NCBI RefSeq assembly: GCF_000011805.1
Contig: NC_006841.2
DNA length: 32,000 bases
Source: Aliivibrio fischeri ES114
Lineage (GTDB): Bacteria > Pseudomonadota > Gammaproteobacteria > Enterobacterales > Vibrionaceae
Strand: one strand, 5' to 3'
In this document: positions 27,451 to 32,000 of the stretch, piece after piece
Layout of the letters: the number at the start of each line of letters is the position of its first letter
Numbering within the stretch: the first letter of the stretch is position 1
Notes under the pieces: generated by a model
Seen by the model: only the letters and a program-made list of their open reading frames with translations
Databases searched by the model: none
What the model was told of the DNA's origin: nothing
Position numbers and translations under genes: made by a program

Positions 27451-28946
27451 TCACTTTAAGCCAACGTATTTTTATTATTTTAGAATCAGCATGGCGTCGT
27501 CGCTATTTGATTGTCTTACCCATTATATTAATGCCTTTTATTGGACTGACTGTTGCTAAGTTAGCCCCCAAACATTATGACTCTCACACCAGTATGTTGA
27601 TCCAAGAAACAGCAAAAATGAACCCATTCCTAGAGGATTTAGCCGTTTCGACCATGCTAAAAGAGCGATTAAGTGCTTTGCAGACTCTGTTACACAGTCG
27701 GCATATCTTAGGCTCAGTTGCAGAAGAACGAGGTTATATTCATGAGTCAATGTCCCCTCAAGCTATTGATAATGAAATCAATAAACTCTCTGCTAACTTA
27801 TCCGTCAGTATGGCTGGTAAAGATTTAATTCGTATTGATTATCGAGCGAATAACCCTGATGGAATGAAAGATACGCTAGAAGCAGTGAGCCGTCATTTTA
27901 CTGAACAACTTTTAGCACCAGAGCGTTCATCTATGAAGGATTCAAGTAAATTCCTCTCTGATAACATTGAATTTCGTCGACAAGAATTGGATGCCGCAGA
28001 GGAAAAATTAGCCGAATTTAAGAGCCAAGAAAATACCGTATTGCCTGAAATGCAAATCACAAGTTTAGATAGGTTAACCAAACTAAAACAACGTTTATAC
28101 GAACGACAAGCTGAGCTAGCTGGTGCGAAAAAACGCCTAGGCTCAATTGATCTTCAACTTTCAAAAACCAATCCAGTAATCGGTAAAATAGAAGAACAAA
28201 TCATCCGAATTCGTGGTGAACTGACTTTATTACAAGCCAAATACACCCCTCAACACAGTAAGGTTCAAGGAAAGTTACGTAATTTAAACCGCCTCGAAGA
28301 AGAGCGCTCTCGCTTACTTTCACAAACTCAACCTGGCTTAAGTAGTGAACAATTATGGGACATAGCAAGTAGCAACAGCGTCGAAGATTTAGCAAAAGCG
28401 CCACCAATTCTTCTGTCCCAATTAGAAGAGTTACAGCAAGCAACCAGTAAAGTTGATGCGTTAACAGAAGAAACACGAGTTCTCGAAAGCATGATCAAGG
28501 ATATTGAGCTACAAGCATCCACATTTGGACAAAACGAAAAAGTACTTTATCAATTACAACGAGATCTCGCTCTTAAACGTGAACTCTATAATGATCTAGT
28601 TGAACGGTTTGAAATGGCTAAGCTCACTCGTTCACTCGGGGTTTTTGAACAAGAAAAACGAGTCAAGATCATCGATAGACCGTATACACCTAGTGGTCCT
28701 TCAAATTTACCCACGATCCTATATGCCATTGCAGGGGTTATTGGGGGGATAGGATTTGGCATTGGAATGGCGATTATCGCTGAATTATGCGACACAAGTA
28801 TTCGCCGCAAAGATGAAATCGCTACATTAAGCACATCTCCTGTATTAAGCCGAATACCACCGCAACCGGTGAAATGCTTCAATTTATCAGAAGATACACA
28901 CTCGACAACAAACAACCTCCTATCAAGTATGTCAAAAGCCAATTAA
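27447..28946 (+). CDS. sypO: Polysaccharide co-polymerase / chain-length determinant (Wzz/GumC-like) protein
   Basis: ATGA overlap with the sypN stop; GGAGG 4 nt upstream. The track start at GTG 27432 is less likely. N-terminal TM (YLIVLPIILMPFIGLTVA), a long coiled-coil periplasmic region, and a C-terminal TM (LPTILYAIAGVIGGIGFGIGMAIIAEL). Confidence 0.8.
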   Translation: MITLSQRIFIILESAWRRRYLIVLPIILMPFIGLTVAKLAPKHYDSHTSMLIQETAKMNPFLEDLAVSTMLKERLSALQTLLHSRHILGSVAEERGYIHESMSPQAIDNEINKLSANLSVSMAGKDLIRIDYRANNPDGMKDTLEAVSRHFTEQLLAPERSSMKDSSKFLSDNIEFRRQELDAAEEKLAEFKSQENTVLPEMQITSLDRLTKLKQRLYERQAELAGAKKRLGSIDLQLSKTNPVIGKIEEQIIRIRGELTLLQAKYTPQHSKVQGKLRNLNRLEEERSRLLSQTQPGLSSEQLWDIASSNSVEDLAKAPPILLSQLEELQQATSKVDALTEETRVLESMIKDIELQASTFGQNEKVLYQLQRDLALKRELYNDLVERFEMAKLTRSLGVFEQEKRVKIIDRPYTPSGPSNLPTILYAIAGVIGGIGFGIGMAIIAELCDTSIRRKDEIATLSTSPVLSRIPPQPVKCFNLSEDTHSTTNNLLSSMSKAN

Positions 28947-28988
28947 AACGACTAACTGTGAGGGCAATATTTCAAATTACTAAATTCA

Positions 28989-29003
28989 TTCTCAATTTGA
29001 GAA
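28989..29003. promoter_or_regulatory. syp enhancer upstream of sypP
   Basis: Perfect TTCTCAattTGAGAA, identical to the proximal sypI site. Confidence 0.8.
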
Positions 29004-29051
29004 AACAAAAACAACGATAACTAACACATTGATAATTAAAAACTTATTAAT

Positions 29052-29067
29052 TGGCACAAACTCTGCA
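29052..29067 (+). promoter_or_regulatory. sigma54 promoter of the sypP-R operon
   Basis: TGGCACaaactCTGCA, 35 bp upstream of the sypP ATG. Confidence 0.85.
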
Positions 29068-29101
29068 ATTCATATATTAGAATCATGAATAGGAGTGCGA
29101 T

Positions 29102-30190
29102 ATGAAAACCATTATTCACGTTGTCCAACACCTTTCACCTGGCGGGTTAGAAAGTATGGTATTAGATATGTTGGAGTTTACAAGCCAAGAACATCGCATC
29201 ATTATTGTGAGCTTAGATGGTGCCTATGAAAAAACATTGGAAAATTGGCCAAGGTTACAACGTTATCAAGACCAAATAATATGTTTGAATAAATCAGCAG
29301 GATTTTCCTTTAAAGTAATAAAACAACTACTTAATTTATTTAAAACCTATAACGCAACGGTTGTACACTCTCATCATATAGGGCCATTAATTTACTCTGG
29401 AATTGCAGCCAAACTGAATAAAAAAATAAATCATGTTCATACAGAACACGATGCATGGCACCTCAATGCTAGCAAACATCGTCGATTACAACGATTTGCT
29501 CTTTCTCTGTCTCAACCTAAATTAGTTGCAGATGCCAGTTTTGTAAAAAAATCACTTAACAACATTTTTAATAGCTACCCTATTTACACAATAAAAAATG
29601 GCATTAACCCATACAAATTCAGCATCGGTGATAAACAAAAAGCAAGAAATAAACTAAATATAATATTACCTGTTAATTCCATTGTTGTTGGTAATGCTGG
29701 GCGACTAGAAACTGTAAAAGGTCAATTAAACCTGATTGAAGCATTCCGTTTTTTAAATTCTAAATATCACTTACTGCTTGCAGGTTCTGGCTCCCAAAAA
29801 GAGCACTTAATGCAACTAGTTAAACGATATCACTTAGAAGATAGAGTGCACTTTTTAGGGCATATCGATCATATGCCGACCTTTTATCACGCATTAGATT
29901 TATTTTGTCTTCCTTCAAATAACGAAGGATTCCCATTATCGACGCTAGAGGCTCAGGCTTGTGGGATCCCTTGTATCGCAAATGATGTTGGTGGAGTAAG
30001 TGAAACTCTATGTCCAAAATCCAGCATTTTAGTCAGTAACAATGCTGCTATAACATTAGCTCAAGCCATTGAATCAATGACACACAAAACCAAAAAATTC
30101 TCTTCACGAGATTTCATTTTAAAAAATAACCATGCTCAATCGATGGTTAATGCATATGAAGAGTTATATTTTGAAGGAGCAAATCTATGA
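29102..30190 (+). CDS. sypP: GT4-family glycosyltransferase
   Basis: AGGAG RBS 6 nt upstream. IIHVVQHLSPGGLESMVLDM; NEGFPLSTLEAQACGIPCIANDVGGVSE. Confidence 0.85.
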   Translation: MKTIIHVVQHLSPGGLESMVLDMLEFTSQEHRIIIVSLDGAYEKTLENWPRLQRYQDQIICLNKSAGFSFKVIKQLLNLFKTYNATVVHSHHIGPLIYSGIAAKLNKKINHVHTEHDAWHLNASKHRRLQRFALSLSQPKLVADASFVKKSLNNIFNSYPIYTIKNGINPYKFSIGDKQKARNKLNIILPVNSIVVGNAGRLETVKGQLNLIEAFRFLNSKYHLLLAGSGSQKEHLMQLVKRYHLEDRVHFLGHIDHMPTFYHALDLFCLPSNNEGFPLSTLEAQACGIPCIANDVGGVSETLCPKSSILVSNNAAITLAQAIESMTHKTKKFSSRDFILKNNHAQSMVNAYEELYFEGANL

Positions 30191-31374
30191 ATCTTTTTCT
30201 TATCATCATCACATCGTTAAGTATTGGTATCGTAATATACCATCATGCTCTTTACCCTATACTATTACGCTGGTTTGCTTCTCGTCACCCAATAAAAGCA
30301 ATAAAGCCAACCTGTAGAAACTTTGCTGAATCAAAAAAAGATCGTACATTGCCGTCAATAACCATGATCATTCCAGCTTATAACGAGTCACAATGGATTG
30401 CTGAAAAAATTCGCAATTTATCTTGTTTAGATTATCCATCATCAAAATTAAAAATTATCATCGCATGTGATGGATGTACTGATGACACTGTTACTATTGC
30501 TTATAACACTATACAAGAAGCTCTATGTGCAGATACCCACTTTGAAATTTTAGATTTTGAACATAATCGAGGAAAAGTGGCCTTACTTAACCAACTTATT
30601 CCTCAATATCAGTCAAGTGATGTCATTGCTCTGAGTGACGTTTCAGCCCTGCTTTCTTACGATGCATTGTTAATTGCAGCTAAACATTTCGAGAACAAAA
30701 ATGTTGGTGTTGTAAATCCTACTTATCATTTATTAACACCTTCCTCTGAAGGCGAAAAGAAATATTGGGAGTATCAAACCCTTATTAAACAACAAGAAGC
30801 AACATTAGGTTCAAGCTTAGGATCTCATGGGGCTTTTTATCTATTTCGTTCCGAGCTATTTATTCATCTAGAGTCAGATACCATTAATGATGACTTTATT
30901 TTACCCATGATGATAGTAAAACAAGGTTATCAAGCAGTATACGACCCAAGCATTCTAGCAGTAGAACTAGAACGCGTAGTACAAGAAGAAGACTTTTCTC
31001 GAAGATTAAGAATTTCAGCAGGGAATGTACAACAATTATTCCGTCTAGTTACCTTGTTTAACCCTAAATACAAAGGAACAGCATTTACCTTTTTCTCTGG
31101 TAAAGGGTTAAGAGCAATGATGCCATATTTCATGCTTATTGCGTATATCGGCTCAGCTTGCCTTTTATCTAACCCTTTATTTTTAATCGCATTTATTGGA
31201 CAAACCATTGGATATTGCATAGGGGTTATTAGTTTATTCTTACCTGCATTATTTTCAAATAAATATTGTCAGATCCTTGCCTATTTAATATCAGGTCACA
31301 CTGCCAATTTACTCGGCGGATTAAATTATCTATTAAAAAAACCAACCGCTCCGTGGACTCGAGTTCAAAAATAA
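30187..31374 (+). CDS. sypQ: GT2-family membrane glycosyltransferase (PgaC/cellulose-synthase-like fold)
   Basis: ATGA overlap with sypP. N-terminal TM, ITMIIPAYNES, IIACDGCTDDT, ALSDVSA, INDDF, RRLRISAGN, and C-terminal TM helices. Confidence 0.85.
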   Translation: MNLFLIIITSLSIGIVIYHHALYPILLRWFASRHPIKAIKPTCRNFAESKKDRTLPSITMIIPAYNESQWIAEKIRNLSCLDYPSSKLKIIIACDGCTDDTVTIAYNTIQEALCADTHFEILDFEHNRGKVALLNQLIPQYQSSDVIALSDVSALLSYDALLIAAKHFENKNVGVVNPTYHLLTPSSEGEKKYWEYQTLIKQQEATLGSSLGSHGAFYLFRSELFIHLESDTINDDFILPMMIVKQGYQAVYDPSILAVELERVVQEEDFSRRLRISAGNVQQLFRLVTLFNPKYKGTAFTFFSGKGLRAMMPYFMLIAYIGSACLLSNPLFLIAFIGQTIGYCIGVISLFLPALFSNKYCQILAYLISGHTANLLGGLNYLLKKPTAPWTRVQK

Positions 31375-31388
31375 CAGAGGATTTTATT

Positions 31389-32000
31389 ATGATAGATTCA
31401 TATTACACAATGAACCAATCGACCATTAAAGCCAAACGTGCTTTTGATGTTTGTTTATCCATTATAGGCTTAATGCTTACGCTTCCACTTTTTCCATTTA
31501 TTGCTCTAGCGATTAAGTTAGATTCAAAAGGCCCAGTTTTTTACCGCCAACTTCGAGTTGGAAAAGCCATGCCAGATCAAATTCATGTTTTTGAAATGAT
31601 AAAATTTAGAAGTATGGTGCAAGATGCAGAAGTGGCTACTGGGGCAACCCTTGCAACAAAAGGCGACAGTAGAGTCACTACCGTTGGTCGTATATTGCGA
31701 AAAACACGCTTAGACGAGTTACCACAATTTTTTAATGTAATAAATGGAGATATGTCTCTTGTAGGGCCTCGACCTGAAAGACCAACCTTTTACAATAAAT
31801 TAGAACGTGAAATCCCTTATTTTAGTGAAAGAACTTATGGAGTATTACCGGGTATTACAGGATTAGCTCAAATTAACCAAGGTTATGATACGTGTATTGA
31901 AGATGTTCGCTCAAAAGTAGGATTTGACCATAGTTACGCTCTATCGTTAACCTCAATCTCAGGATGGATTAAATCTGATATTTATATTCTTCTAATGACA
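31389..32000 (+). CDS. sypR: Bacterial sugar transferase (undecaprenyl-phosphate glycosyl-1-phosphate transferase, WbaP/EpsL-like); first 204 codons, truncated by the window end
   Basis: Not in the ORF track because it is open at the right edge. My translation from ATG 31389 (GAGGA 8 nt upstream): MIDSYYTMNQSTIKAKRAFDVCLSIIGLMLTLPLFPFIALAIKLDSKGPVFYRQLRVGK...KFRSM...DSRVTTVGRILRKTRLDELPQFFNVINGDMSLVGPRPERP...PGITGLAQI. These are hallmark Bac_transf motifs. It is in frame to position 32000. Confidence 0.9.
   Translation, partial: MIDSYYTMNQSTIKAKRAFDVCLSIIGLMLTLPLFPFIALAIKLDSKGPVFYRQLRVGKAMPDQIHVFEMIKFRSMVQDAEVATGATLATKGDSRVTTVGRILRKTRLDELPQFFNVINGDMSLVGPRPERPTFYNKLEREIPYFSERTYGVLPGITGLAQINQGYDTCIEDVRSKVGFDHSYALSLTSISGWIKSDIYILLMT

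Noticed and set aside
29456-29471. TGGCACctcaaTGCTA inside sypP, resembling a sigma54 promoter
   Set aside because: The GG-to-GC spacing is one base short of canonical. It lies within a coding region with no enhancer-like palindrome nearby and no downstream gene start to serve.
1-32000. Search by eye for CRISPR arrays, tRNA/rRNA genes, IS elements, integrases, toxin-antitoxin pairs or known defence-system signatures
   Set aside because: I found no direct-repeat/spacer periodicity, no transposase or integrase-like ORFs, no terminal inverted repeats and no small adjacent gene pairs. Every ORF above about 100 aa is accounted for by signalling, export or glycosyltransferase functions.

Overview
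Low-GC Vibrionaceae DNA that looks like Aliivibrio (Vibrio) fischeri chromosome II. Positions ~9.4-32 kb are the 18-gene symbiosis-polysaccharide (syp) biofilm locus, sypA through a 3'-truncated sypR, all on the + strand. It forms four tightly packed or overlapping operons (sypA-H, sypI-L, sypM-O, sypP-R). Each operon is preceded by a TGGCAC-N5-xTGxx sigma54 promoter and, 63-103 bp further upstream, a TTCTCA-N3-TGAGAA-type palindromic enhancer. I identified the locus from gene order, domain content and exact agreement of catalytic residue numbers with the published V. fischeri proteins (SypA S56; SypE N52/D192/D443/D495; SypF H250/D549/H705; SypG D53). This is a described system, not a new one. 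The left 9.2 kb is much less characterised. It holds a partial membrane degenerate-GGDEF/EAL gene and an RpoS-like sigma factor (rpoQ-like) on the - strand. Divergent from these are an HPt-less hybrid histidine kinase and a REC protein with a ~440-aa helical output domain of unknown function. A - strand pair, convergent with the kinase operon and divergent from sypA, encodes a secreted beta-propeller/GEVED/LruC-domain protein and a small lipoprotein. I saw no tRNA/rRNA, CRISPR array, transposase/integrase or recognisable defence genes. The best leads are: (i) the sigma/kinase/REC/c-di-GMP block next to syp, (ii) a possible fifth sigma54-type promoter facing away from sypA toward the secreted-protein operon, (iii) the chimeric nested palindrome of the sypA enhancer and the helical phasing of all enhancers, and (iv) a degenerate P-loop in SypD. 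I found no convincing evidence of an entirely undescribed multi-gene system. All calls come from reading the sequence and ORF track by eye; no searches were run.
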